Source: an uncultured Rikenellaceae bacterium
Lineage (GTDB): Bacteria; Bacteroidota; Bacteroidia; Bacteroidales; Rikenellaceae
Length of the DNA: 64,000 nt
Assembly: GCA_964370235.1 (NCBI GenBank)
Contig: CAYJIL010000001.1
Coordinates: 4,704-68,703 of the forward strand
Direction: 5' to 3'
How positions within the stretch are numbered: position 1 is the first letter of the stretch; every line of letters begins with the position of its first letter. Both the position numbers and the translations under genes were made by a program. This document shows, in pieces, positions 18,727-26,753 of this stretch. The notes below the pieces were generated by a model. That model saw only the letters and a list, made by a program, of their open reading frames with translations, did not search any database and was not told the DNA's origin.

Positions 18727-19622
18727 TGAAAAAATTAACTTTTATATTCGTTGCATTATTATTTGGTCTATCTTCGCTATTTGCACAAGATAGGGCAGAT
18801 ATTTTGCGTCAAGGTCTACTAGATCGTAGACAAGACAAAGTATATGTGGTAGCACATCGTGGCGACTGGATTAACTACCCCGAAAACTCGATAGGTTCTA
18901 TTGTTAGTATAATAGATATGGGTGGTGATGTTGTCGAAATAGATATTCAGCGTACAAAAGACAGCGTACTTGTTCTGATGCACGATGTAACACTTGATCG
19001 CACGACAAACGGTACGGGTTTGGTTTCCGACATGACATATAAGCAGATAAAGAAACTTAGGCTCAAAGACCACAAAGGGAATCTTACAAAGCATAAAATC
19101 CCTACACTAGAAGAAGCACTAGAGGTGTCAAAAGGCAAGATTCTATTAAACCTAGATAAGGCCGATCGTTTTTTCGATCAAGTTGGCCCCATGCTAGAGG
19201 AAACAGGCACTCTAAATTTGGTTATACTAAAGAGCTATAACAAACTTAGTGTGGCCAAAGAGACCCTAGGCAAATATTTCGATAAGGTTATATATATGCC
19301 GATGATACGCTTCAACCGTGAGAACTCGATGGAAGATCTTGCTGCATTTTTGCAAGAGTTAAATCCCGTAGCATTTGAGCTAGGGTATAACAGCGACACT
19401 AACCCACTTCCTAAAAAAGCTAAAGAGGTGATTGGGACTCGTTCGTTAATGTGGTACAATACTCTAAACGGGCGTAACGGCGGACACGATGATGCCACTG
19501 CTGCAACCGATCCTCAAAAAGGATATGGCTATTTAATAGATACACTTGGTGCTAGAATGTTGCAAACAGATACACCAGAGTATATGATAGAGTATCTGCG
19601 CAAAAGAGGCATGCACGAATAG
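18726..19622 (+). CDS. Secreted glycerophosphodiester phosphodiesterase family protein (paralog 2)
   Basis: 298-aa ORF with a signal peptide and the motifs HRGDWINYPENS, VEIDI and LMHDVTLDRTT. The start overlaps the upstream stop (TAATG). Confidence 0.85.
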   Translation: MKKLTFIFVALLFGLSSLFAQDRADILRQGLLDRRQDKVYVVAHRGDWINYPENSIGSIVSIIDMGGDVVEIDIQRTKDSVLVLMHDVTLDRTTNGTGLVSDMTYKQIKKLRLKDHKGNLTKHKIPTLEEALEVSKGKILLNLDKADRFFDQVGPMLEETGTLNLVILKSYNKLSVAKETLGKYFDKVIYMPMIRFNRENSMEDLAAFLQELNPVAFELGYNSDTNPLPKKAKEVIGTRSLMWYNTLNGRNGGHDDATAATDPQKGYGYLIDTLGARMLQTDTPEYMIEYLRKRGMHE

Positions 19623-19658
19623 TAAATTCTTGATTTATAATATAGAGTGTATATGCAC

Positions 19659-19694
19659 AATAAGGGGAGGCTGTGACGGCCTCCCCTTATTTGT
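19659..19694. terminator. Bidirectional terminator (GDPD paralog 2 / OmpH-like gene)
   Basis: GC-rich stem ATAAGGGGAGGC / GCCTCCCCTTAT between convergent genes. Confidence 0.75.
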
Positions 19695-19713
19695 GTAGCA
19701 TATTAAGGTCTAC

Positions 19714-20295
19714 TTATTCTTTATCTTTGTTTGCTTGGTAATCGGCATTAAGACCCTTTAGAATTTCGTCTGTAATGTCAAGACCTGCCGAACCATTAAG
19801 AACCGAGTTCTTGTTTAGGATAAGAGTATATTTACCATCAGCGTTAAACTTTGTTAGATACTCTTCGATGTTATTAAGAACATTGTTAAGCATTACTTGC
19901 TCCTCTTCGCCTAGTTCAGAAAGCATTTTGTCTCTGTATGCGATAAGATTTTGCTGCTCCTTTTCTAGGTTAGCATTCATCTCCTCTGCCTGCGAACGAG
20001 TCACAAGACCCTTTTGCACTTTGTTTTGGAAGTCTGAAGCCTTGCCCGAGAACGAACGACCTTTGTTCTCTAGTTCTGCACTAGCTTTAGTTGCTTTTGC
20101 TTGGTACTTTTGGCTAGCGTCAACATAAAAGTCATACTTACTAACTAGTGAATCCATATTCACATAAGCGATTGATAGTTCAGAACTTTGAACCGTTGCC
20201 GATGGCTCTGTCGCAGCCGTAGTAGCTGGTGTTGTGTTACAACTTGCTATCGCAGCTGCCGATATAGCAAGTGAAAATAGAATCTTCTTTGTCAT
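19714..20295 (-). CDS. OmpH/Skp-family periplasmic chaperone (lipoprotein form)
   Basis: The start is trimmed to MTKKILF (ATG 20295). It has a lipobox (AIASC) and a coiled-coil-rich OmpH-like body. A promoter box at 20326-20333 lies inside the longer ORF. Confidence 0.8.
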   Translation of the reverse strand: MTKKILFSLAISAAAIASCNTTPATTAATEPSATVQSSELSIAYVNMDSLVSKYDFYVDASQKYQAKATKASAELENKGRSFSGKASDFQNKVQKGLVTRSQAEEMNANLEKEQQNLIAYRDKMLSELGEEEQVMLNNVLNNIEEYLTKFNADGKYTLILNKNSVLNGSAGLDITDEILKGLNADYQANKDKE

Positions 20296-20325
20296 AGGTT
20301 GTTCTAATAAATTATTTATTGGTGA

Positions 20326-20333
20326 CAAAAATA
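20326..20333 (-). promoter_or_regulatory. Candidate -7 box (TATTTTTG) for the OmpH-like gene
   Basis: Reverse complement of CAAAAATA. It lies 30 nt upstream of the ATG at 20295. Confidence 0.4.
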
Positions 20334-20449
20334 CATAAAGTTTACAATTTATACTATAATTAGAGCCTTTTTTTTACATTCAAAACCACTATTAACCCAA
20401 AGAGCGTAACGATAATAGTGTATCGGTTGCATAGCAGGTTAATAATTAT

Positions 20450-20457
20450 TACTTTTG
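20450..20457 (+). promoter_or_regulatory. Candidate -7 box (TACTTTTG) for ruvA
   Basis: Matches TAnnTTTG. It lies 46 nt upstream of the ATG at 20504 and is followed directly by a 10-bp hairpin. Confidence 0.4.
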
Positions 20458-20458
20458 C

Positions 20459-20486
20459 TAGGGCTCAAACCAGTTATTGAGCCCTA
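20459..20486 (+). promoter_or_regulatory. Perfect 10-bp inverted repeat in the ruvA leader
   Basis: TAGGGCTCAA, 8-nt loop, TTGAGCCCTA. It lies between the candidate -7 box and the ruvA ATG. Confidence 0.6.
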
Positions 20487-20503
20487 AGATAACAACGATT
20501 GAT

Positions 20504-21124
20504 ATGTACGAATATATTAAAGGAGAGGTAGCGGCTCTTGAGCTATCACGTGTAGTAATAGAGTGTGGCGGAATTGGCTACTCGGTAAATATTTCGCTAA
20601 CCAGCCATGGCGAACTTTCGCAGGTGCAAGAGGAGGCGATAACAAAACTGTTTATCCACCAATATCAGGTGCGAGACGATTTGCCCGTGCTGTTTGGTTT
20701 TACCTCGTGGAACGAGAGAGAGATATTTAGAATGTTAGTTGCCGTGTCGGGAGTGGGTGGTGGTACTGCCCTCAATATATTATCGACATTCTCGGCAGCC
20801 GACCTTAGAACCATTATCTCAACGGGCGATAGTGTGGTTCTAAAAAAGGTGAAGGGGCTTGGGCAAAAAACAGCCGAGAAGATTATTGTAGAGCTACGAG
20901 ACAAGATTATTAAGGTAGACACGGGAGCGGCTAGTGGCAGCACTGTTGCACCAACCGAGGGGCACGTTACAAAAAATTCGGCAGCATACGAAGAGGCTCT
21001 TTCGGCACTCACTATGCTTGGTTTTGCCAAAGGAGTTTCGGCAAAGGCACTCGACAAGGTGGTGGAGCAAATGCCAAAAGCAAAGGTCGAGGATTTGGTG
21101 CGTATGACACTCAAGAGCCTATAA
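20504..21124 (+). CDS. ruvA: Holliday junction branch migration complex subunit RuvA
   Basis: The start is trimmed from the TTG at 20477 to the ATG at 20504 (MYEYIKGEV). Helix-hairpin-helix blocks are present (VSGVGGGTALNIL; VKGLGQKTAEKI). Confidence 0.93.
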   Translation: MYEYIKGEVAALELSRVVIECGGIGYSVNISLTSHGELSQVQEEAITKLFIHQYQVRDDLPVLFGFTSWNEREIFRMLVAVSGVGGGTALNILSTFSAADLRTIISTGDSVVLKKVKGLGQKTAEKIIVELRDKIIKVDTGAASGSTVAPTEGHVTKNSAAYEEALSALTMLGFAKGVSAKALDKVVEQMPKAKVEDLVRMTLKSL

Positions 21125-21184
21125 CAAAACTACTAGCTACTAGACACTTAATCAATTTTGGTTGGGAATTTAAAAATTTATAAG

Positions 21185-21192
21185 TAGCTTTG
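21185..21192 (+). promoter_or_regulatory. Candidate -7 box (TAGCTTTG) for fabG
   Basis: Matches TAnnTTTG. It lies 41 nt upstream of the ATG at 21234. Confidence 0.4.
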
Positions 21193-21233
21193 TAGCTATT
21201 AATTAGAAATTATATAACAGAAAAATAGATAAA

Positions 21234-21980
21234 ATGGGACTATTAGAAGGAAAAGTAGCAATCGTAACTGGTGCTGCACGTGGTATCGGTAAGGCGATAG
21301 CACTAGCTTATGCAAAAGAGGGTGCAAATGTAGCATTCACAGATCTTGCAATTGATGAGAACGCTCTAGCTACCGAGGCTGAGATTAACGCTCTAGGTGT
21401 AAAGGCTAAGGCTTATGCATCGAACGCAGCATCGTTTAGCGACACTCAAGAGGTGGTAGCTAAGATTGCTGAGGATTTTGGCCGTGTTGACATTCTTGTT
21501 AACAACGCAGGTATCACTCGTGACGGTCTTATGATGCGCATGAGCGAGGAGCAGTGGGATCTAGTTATTAACGTGAACCTAAAGTCGGCTTTCAACTTTA
21601 TTAAGGCTTGTACTCCAATTATGATGAAGCAAAAATCGGGTAGCATTATCAACATGAGCTCGGTAGTAGGTGTTTCGGGTAACGCAGGACAGAGTAACTA
21701 CTCGGCATCTAAGGCTGGTATGATTGGTCTTGCTAAGAGTATTTCACAAGAGCTTGGTTCTCGTGGTATTCGTGCTAACTCTATCGCTCCAGGTTTCATC
21801 ATTACAGAGATGACTGGCCAGCTTAGCGAAGATGTTAAGAAAGAGTGGGCTAACAAAATTCCACTTAAGCGTGGAGGTACTCCAGAGGATGTTGCAAACG
21901 TATGTATCTTCCTTGGTTCAGACCTATCATCTTATGTTTCGGGACAGGTTATCAACTGTTGTGGTGGTATGAACATGTAA
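21234..21980 (+). CDS. fabG: 3-oxoacyl-[ACP] reductase
   Basis: 248-aa SDR with TGAARGIGKA, NNAG and YSASKAG motifs. Confidence 0.9.
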   Translation: MGLLEGKVAIVTGAARGIGKAIALAYAKEGANVAFTDLAIDENALATEAEINALGVKAKAYASNAASFSDTQEVVAKIAEDFGRVDILVNNAGITRDGLMMRMSEEQWDLVINVNLKSAFNFIKACTPIMMKQKSGSIINMSSVVGVSGNAGQSNYSASKAGMIGLAKSISQELGSRGIRANSIAPGFIITEMTGQLSEDVKKEWANKIPLKRGGTPEDVANVCIFLGSDLSSYVSGQVINCCGGMNM

Positions 21981-22016
21981 TTTTGCTCACCTCTAGCAAT
22001 AGAGGATCGAGAATAT

Positions 22017-22058
22017 AAAAAATAGGCAGACTTCGATTGTGAAGTCTGCCTATTTTTG
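22017..22058. terminator. Bidirectional terminator (fabG / recX)
   Basis: A-run, then 14-bp stem AATAGGCAGACTTC / GAAGTCTGCCTATT with loop GATTGT, then a T-run. Confidence 0.8.
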
Positions 22059-22117
22059 TGTTATAGAGGGAGTATCCAAATTTAGCATAATCGTAATAAA
22101 ATACCAAAAATTGCCTT

Positions 22118-22615
22118 TTATTCGCTCTCTCGCACTACCCTATCAATGATATTACAACAATCGTCATAACCAAACCCTCGCCCCATAGCAAAACGAAGGA
22201 GCTTACCCTTTAGGTCGTAGCTACTAGTGCTTTTGGTTGATGCCGCTTTTTTGCGTATTAGCTCCTCTAGCCTAGCATCACTATCCTCGCCACTGCTTAG
22301 TTGTGCAAGAGCGTTTTCGATTAGCGAAGATGGTATTTTTTTAGTCCTAAGGGCTGCCGATATTTTATGCCTACCCCACATTGCTCGACTCTTTGAGCGC
22401 ACAAAACTCACGACATAGCGTTCTTCGTTCAAAAAACCTAGCTCAACAAGGCGAGCACATATCTTCTCTCTCTCGCCATATGATACTCCATAGCCTGTTA
22501 ACAGTCGTTCGACATCGCTACTAGCACGTTCGGCAAGCGAGCAATAACGAGCCATGCGAGCAAACGCTTGCTCGGGAGTCACCTCCCTTTTAGCCTTTTT
22601 TTGATATTCGCCCAT
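22118..22615 (-). CDS. recX: Recombination regulator RecX
   Basis: 165-aa ORF made of repeated three-helix RecX-type units (AFARMARYCSLAERASSDVERLL...GFLNEERY...). It starts 2 nt after the prmC stop. Confidence 0.72.
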   Translation of the reverse strand: MGEYQKKAKREVTPEQAFARMARYCSLAERASSDVERLLTGYGVSYGEREKICARLVELGFLNEERYVVSFVRSKSRAMWGRHKISAALRTKKIPSSLIENALAQLSSGEDSDARLEELIRKKAASTKSTSSYDLKGKLLRFAMGRGFGYDDCCNIIDRVVRESE

Positions 22616-22617
22616 TG

Positions 22618-23448
22618 TTACATTTTTTGTGCTATCACCATGCGATCTTTGGCGTGTAGGTCTTTGTGTAGCTCAACATTTGTGTACCCCATATTCTCTA
22701 ACATTGCAACAGTCTCTTTGCCCATAGCCTCGTTTATTTCGAACAGTAAATAGCCTTTACTATTTAACGAAGCAAGTGCTTTTTGAGCAATGACCCTGTA
22801 AAATATTAGTGGGTCATCGTCCGAAACAAATAGCGCACCTAGTGGCTCGTGGTCATACACCTTGGGGCTCATTAACTCTCGTTCGCTATCACATATATAT
22901 GGTGGGTTACTCACTATTGCGCTGTAACCCAAATCTATATCGCTAGATAGTATATCGCAATGGAACAAACGAACTCTAGCTCCTAGTTTTTGGGCATTAT
23001 GTGCCGCTTGAGATAGGGCTTGCTGCGATATATCACACGCCTCAACCTCTAGTGCATCACACTCCAGCGCAAGGGTAATGGCAATTGCTCCGCTACCCGT
23101 GCCAATATCTAGTACTTTGCCCTGCAAGCATCGTTGCAAGGTGTGGCGCACTAGCTCTTCGGTTTCGCCACGTGGAATAAGAACCGATGGGCTAACATCA
23201 AACTCTCGCCCATAAAACTCCTCTTTACCAATAATATACTGCACAGGCACTCCGCTAGATAGCTGCTCTACAACTTTGTCTATTGCCTCACCGTTAACCA
23301 CCATGCGCTGTGGTTCTAACATTAACTCACGCTTGCCAACACCCTCTACCGACTCCAAAACCAAGAGGGTGATAGCACGTGCTTCACCCTCGTTTTCGAA
23401 TGCCAATATTTGGCTTAATATTTTATTATAACACTCCTTAATTGTCAT
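22618..23448 (-). CDS. prmC: Release factor glutamine-N5 methyltransferase
   Basis: 276-aa ORF with a SAM-binding site (LDIGTGSGAIA) and the catalytic NPPY motif (VSNPPYI). Confidence 0.9.
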   Translation of the reverse strand: MTIKECYNKILSQILAFENEGEARAITLLVLESVEGVGKRELMLEPQRMVVNGEAIDKVVEQLSSGVPVQYIIGKEEFYGREFDVSPSVLIPRGETEELVRHTLQRCLQGKVLDIGTGSGAIAITLALECDALEVEACDISQQALSQAAHNAQKLGARVRLFHCDILSSDIDLGYSAIVSNPPYICDSERELMSPKVYDHEPLGALFVSDDDPLIFYRVIAQKALASLNSKGYLLFEINEAMGKETVAMLENMGYTNVELHKDLHAKDRMVIAQKM

Positions 23449-24999
23449 CTATTTAGGATTTAGAACAATGAAAGGTATAATCATCTCCTCCATAGAGATA
23501 CCACCGTGCTGGAACGTGTTTTTGTAGTAACGCACATAGTGGTTATAGTTGTTAGGGTATGCCAAGAAATCGTTGTTCGATGCAAACACATATGACGAAC
23601 TTAGATTGCTCTTTGGCAAGCCTGCCTTTTCGGGATCGGTTATTTGGAACAACTGCTTTGAGTTGAACGAAAGGTTCTTGCCCGTTTTGTAGCGCAAGTT
23701 TGTAGAGGTTTCACGATCGCCCACAATCTTGATTGGGTTATTAACGTGTACTGTACCATGATCCGAAGTAATTACTACGGTATGCCCTTTGGCAGCTAGC
23801 AGACGAATAATCTCGAGCAGGTCTGAGTGCTCGAACCACGAACGAGTAAGCGAACGAAACGCTGCCTCATCCTCGGCAAGCTCACGAATGATTTCGGTAT
23901 CGGTGCGAGCATGCGATAGAATATCCAAGAAGTTATATACAATTACCGAGAAGTCTGCCGAATAGACCTTTGATATGTTATCAATTAGTTTTTTACCTGC
24001 CTCGGAGCGCACAAGTTTCTCGAAGAATAACTTTTCTTTGCGACCATAGGATTGAAATTGACGATTCAAGAACTCCTCCTCGTATAGGTTCTTACCACCC
24101 TCTTCGCTATCGTTTAGCCATAGCTTAGGCATAATGCGATCTATATCTAGCGGCATAAGACCCGCAAAGATAGCATTACGTGCATATTGAGTAGCTGTTG
24201 GCAAGATACTACAATAGAAATCTTCGCTAGCAATATCAAACAACGACCCCATCACTGGGCGTATCATACACCACTGGTCGTAACGAAAATTATCGATTAG
24301 CAGTAGCGTAGTTTTATTACCCTTGTCGATAACCGGAAAAACCTTGTTGCGCATTATATTGTGCGACATGACTGGTTTGTCGAGCCCTTTGCCCGAGATC
24401 CAATCGATGTAGCTGTCTTTAATAAACTTGGCAAACTGACTATTAGCCTCGTTTTTTTGGTAGCGCACCACCTCTTGTATTGAATTGTCGGTCGAGTCAC
24501 CCAATTCGATGTCCCAACTCACAAGTTTTTTGTAGATATTCACCCAATCATCAAAACTATTTGCGCTCGAAAACGAACTAGCAATTTGACTAAACTCGCT
24601 ACGATAGTCCGATGTACTTTGCTGAGTAACAAGCTCGTCACGGTGTACGTTCTTTTTAATTGACAATAGTACTTGGTTGGGATTTACGGGTTTAATTAGA
24701 TAATCGGCAATTTTTGAACCTACCGCACGGTTCATAATATCCTCTTCTTCGCTCTTAGTCACCATAACAATGGGCGTAAGTGGCGATATTTCTTTTATTT
24801 TGGTAAGTGTTTCGAGACCTGTAATACCGGGCATCATTTCGTCCAAAATAATGAGATCGAACGAGTTGCTCGACACCATATCAACTGCATCGAAACCATT
24901 ATTACATACATCGATAGTGTATCCTTTGTTCTCAAGGAACATTATGTGTGGTTTTAGTAGTTCAATTTCATCGTCTACCCACAATATATTTACATCCAT
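23449..24999 (-). CDS. porX: PorX-type response regulator (receiver domain fused to a PglZ/alkaline-phosphatase-like domain)
   Basis: 516-aa ORF with an N-terminal CheY receiver (ILWVDDE...DLIILDEMMPG). The long C-terminal domain has alkaline-phosphatase-superfamily features (ITSDHGT). Size and architecture match the Bacteroidota T9SS regulator PorX. Confidence 0.8.
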   Translation of the reverse strand: MDVNILWVDDEIELLKPHIMFLENKGYTIDVCNNGFDAVDMVSSNSFDLIILDEMMPGITGLETLTKIKEISPLTPIVMVTKSEEEDIMNRAVGSKIADYLIKPVNPNQVLLSIKKNVHRDELVTQQSTSDYRSEFSQIASSFSSANSFDDWVNIYKKLVSWDIELGDSTDNSIQEVVRYQKNEANSQFAKFIKDSYIDWISGKGLDKPVMSHNIMRNKVFPVIDKGNKTTLLLIDNFRYDQWCMIRPVMGSLFDIASEDFYCSILPTATQYARNAIFAGLMPLDIDRIMPKLWLNDSEEGGKNLYEEEFLNRQFQSYGRKEKLFFEKLVRSEAGKKLIDNISKVYSADFSVIVYNFLDILSHARTDTEIIRELAEDEAAFRSLTRSWFEHSDLLEIIRLLAAKGHTVVITSDHGTVHVNNPIKIVGDRETSTNLRYKTGKNLSFNSKQLFQITDPEKAGLPKSNLSSSYVFASNNDFLAYPNNYNHYVRYYKNTFQHGGISMEEMIIPFIVLNPK

Positions 25000-25023
25000 A
25001 TTGACTATTTTTTTGACTAATTA

Positions 25024-25031
25024 CAAAGGTA
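25024..25031 (-). promoter_or_regulatory. Candidate -7 box (TACCTTTG) for porX-prmC-recX
   Basis: Reverse complement of CAAAGGTA. It lies 24 nt upstream of the ATG at 24999. Confidence 0.45.
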
Positions 25032-25132
25032 ATAATTCTTACTACTAAAACATCTAACTAATACTATTTATTTTATGGGTAACAAAATATGTTATAGAAT
25101 ACTTAATTAGCACTTTTTAACTAATAAATTTA

Positions 25133-25140
25133 TATCTTTG
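25133..25140 (+). promoter_or_regulatory. Candidate -7 box (TATCTTTG) for the sulfatase gene
   Basis: Matches TAnnTTTG. It lies 34 nt upstream of the ATG at 25175. Confidence 0.45.
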
Positions 25141-25174
25141 TTAACTGAAAACTCAAATTTGACTACCAAAAATA

Positions 25175-26722
25175 ATGAAAAACATAGGAAAAAACCTTGC
25201 GATTGCTCTATCGGCGGTAGCACTTTCGTCGTGTGCCGAAGAAAAAAAACCAAATATTATATTTATTCTTGCCGATGATATGGGCTATGGAGATGTTAGT
25301 GCGCTTAATCCAGACTCTAAGATCTTGACGCCACATATTGATGGTATGGCACAAAACGGTGTACTATTTACCGATGCACACACGTCTTCGGCAGTGAGCA
25401 CACCAACTCGTTATGGGTTTTTAACAGGACGATATAACTGGCGTAGTACATTAAAATCGGATGTTGTGAGCGGTTACTCTCGCCCAATTATCGACAGCAC
25501 ACGCACCACAGTAGCATCTATGCTAAAGCGAGGAGGATATACTACGGCATGTGTAGGTAAATGGCACTTGGGCTGGAACTGGAACTTTACCGAAGAGCCA
25601 ACAAACATTAACGAGCTATCGGCAAATGGCAAGGGCGTGATAGACTTCTCGACCCCAATCACGGGAGGTCCTACGTCGCTAGGTTTTGATTATTTTTATG
25701 GCTTTAGCGGCTCGCTAGATATGCCCCCATATGTGTATGTAGAAAATGACAAAGTTACCTCGCTACCCAATCGTGAAACATTCGATGGTGGAAAATATAC
25801 ATGGTGGCGCAAAGGGCCTACTGGTGGCGACTTCGACCACGAGCAGTGCTTGCCCAACCTAACCGACAAGGCGATAGCGTTCATCAAGCGTGAGGCACAG
25901 AGCGATAAACCATTCTTTTTGTATGTTCCATACCCGGGGCCACACACTCCTATACTACCTACCAAAGAGTGGCAAGGCAAGTCGGGGCTAAACCCATATG
26001 GCGATTTTACAATGATGGTAGATAGCGAAGTGGGAAGAATTTTATCGGCACTAAAAGAGAGCGGAATAGACGAAAACACAATGGTAGTATTTACAACCGA
26101 CAATGGGTGTTCGCCAGCAGCAAAGATAGACGAGCTAATTGCAGATGGCCACTACCCTAACCACATTTACAGAGGCCATAAAGCAGACCTATTCGAAGGT
26201 GGACATCGTGTGCCTTGTGTTGTAAAGTGGAGCGGTAGCAAAGTGGGTGCATCGTCACAGACAATATGCCTAACCGACTTTTTTGCAACTTTTGCACAAA
26301 TAGCAGGTGTCGAAATTAGCGATAACGAAGGCGAAGATAGCTACTCTATATTAACAGCAATTGAAGATCCTGCACTAAGCACTCCAATTAGGGAGGCGAC
26401 TGTTCATCATTCGATTAACGGATCATTTGCAATACGAGTGGGTGATTGGAAACTATTGACCGTTCCTTCGTCGGGCGGATGGAGCGCACCATCTCCCAAC
26501 TCAAAAGATGTTGACTGGGATGCTATGCCACCAATGCAGCTATATAACCTAAAGGATGACCCTAGCGAAACAACAAACCTGTATGCACAACAACCTGAGA
26601 GGGTTGAGCAAATGAAAGATTTGTTGGTAAAATATATTGAGCAGGGACGTAGCACCGAGGGCAAGCCACAAAAGAACGATGGCGAGTACCCTTGGCGACA
26701 AATAAAACCGTTACTTGATTAA
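25175..26722 (+). CDS. Sulfatase (Ser-type formylglycine motif), lipoprotein
   Basis: 515-aa ORF with a lipobox (ALSSC). It has LADDMGYGD, the sulfatase signature AVSTPTRYGFLTGR (Ser at the FGly position), GKWHLG and TTDNG. Confidence 0.9.
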   Translation: MKNIGKNLAIALSAVALSSCAEEKKPNIIFILADDMGYGDVSALNPDSKILTPHIDGMAQNGVLFTDAHTSSAVSTPTRYGFLTGRYNWRSTLKSDVVSGYSRPIIDSTRTTVASMLKRGGYTTACVGKWHLGWNWNFTEEPTNINELSANGKGVIDFSTPITGGPTSLGFDYFYGFSGSLDMPPYVYVENDKVTSLPNRETFDGGKYTWWRKGPTGGDFDHEQCLPNLTDKAIAFIKREAQSDKPFFLYVPYPGPHTPILPTKEWQGKSGLNPYGDFTMMVDSEVGRILSALKESGIDENTMVVFTTDNGCSPAAKIDELIADGHYPNHIYRGHKADLFEGGHRVPCVVKWSGSKVGASSQTICLTDFFATFAQIAGVEISDNEGEDSYSILTAIEDPALSTPIREATVHHSINGSFAIRVGDWKLLTVPSSGGWSAPSPNSKDVDWDAMPPMQLYNLKDDPSETTNLYAQQPERVEQMKDLLVKYIEQGRSTEGKPQKNDGEYPWRQIKPLLD

Positions 26723-26740
26723 TTATTATAAAATATTAGT

Positions 26741-26748
26741 TATCTTTG
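26741..26748 (+). promoter_or_regulatory. Candidate -7 box (TATCTTTG) for the His/Cys-rich protein-TBDR-HMA unit
   Basis: Matches TAnnTTTG. Only 5 nt separate it from the ATG at 26754, which suggests a leaderless transcript. Confidence 0.45.
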
Positions 26749-26753
26749 TGGGT

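Noticed and set aside
20477-20503. N-terminal extensions proposed by the ORF track for ruvA, and similarly for susD, the OmpH-like gene, the TBDR, the Big_5 lipoprotein, rbfA, thiE, thiG, thiF, lgt, the M48 peptidase, the UbiA-family gene and HU
   Set aside because: The extensions overlap the preceding gene or contain the gene's own promoter box. The internal Met gives the canonical family N-terminus or signal peptide in each case. The shorter coordinates are reported in the features list.
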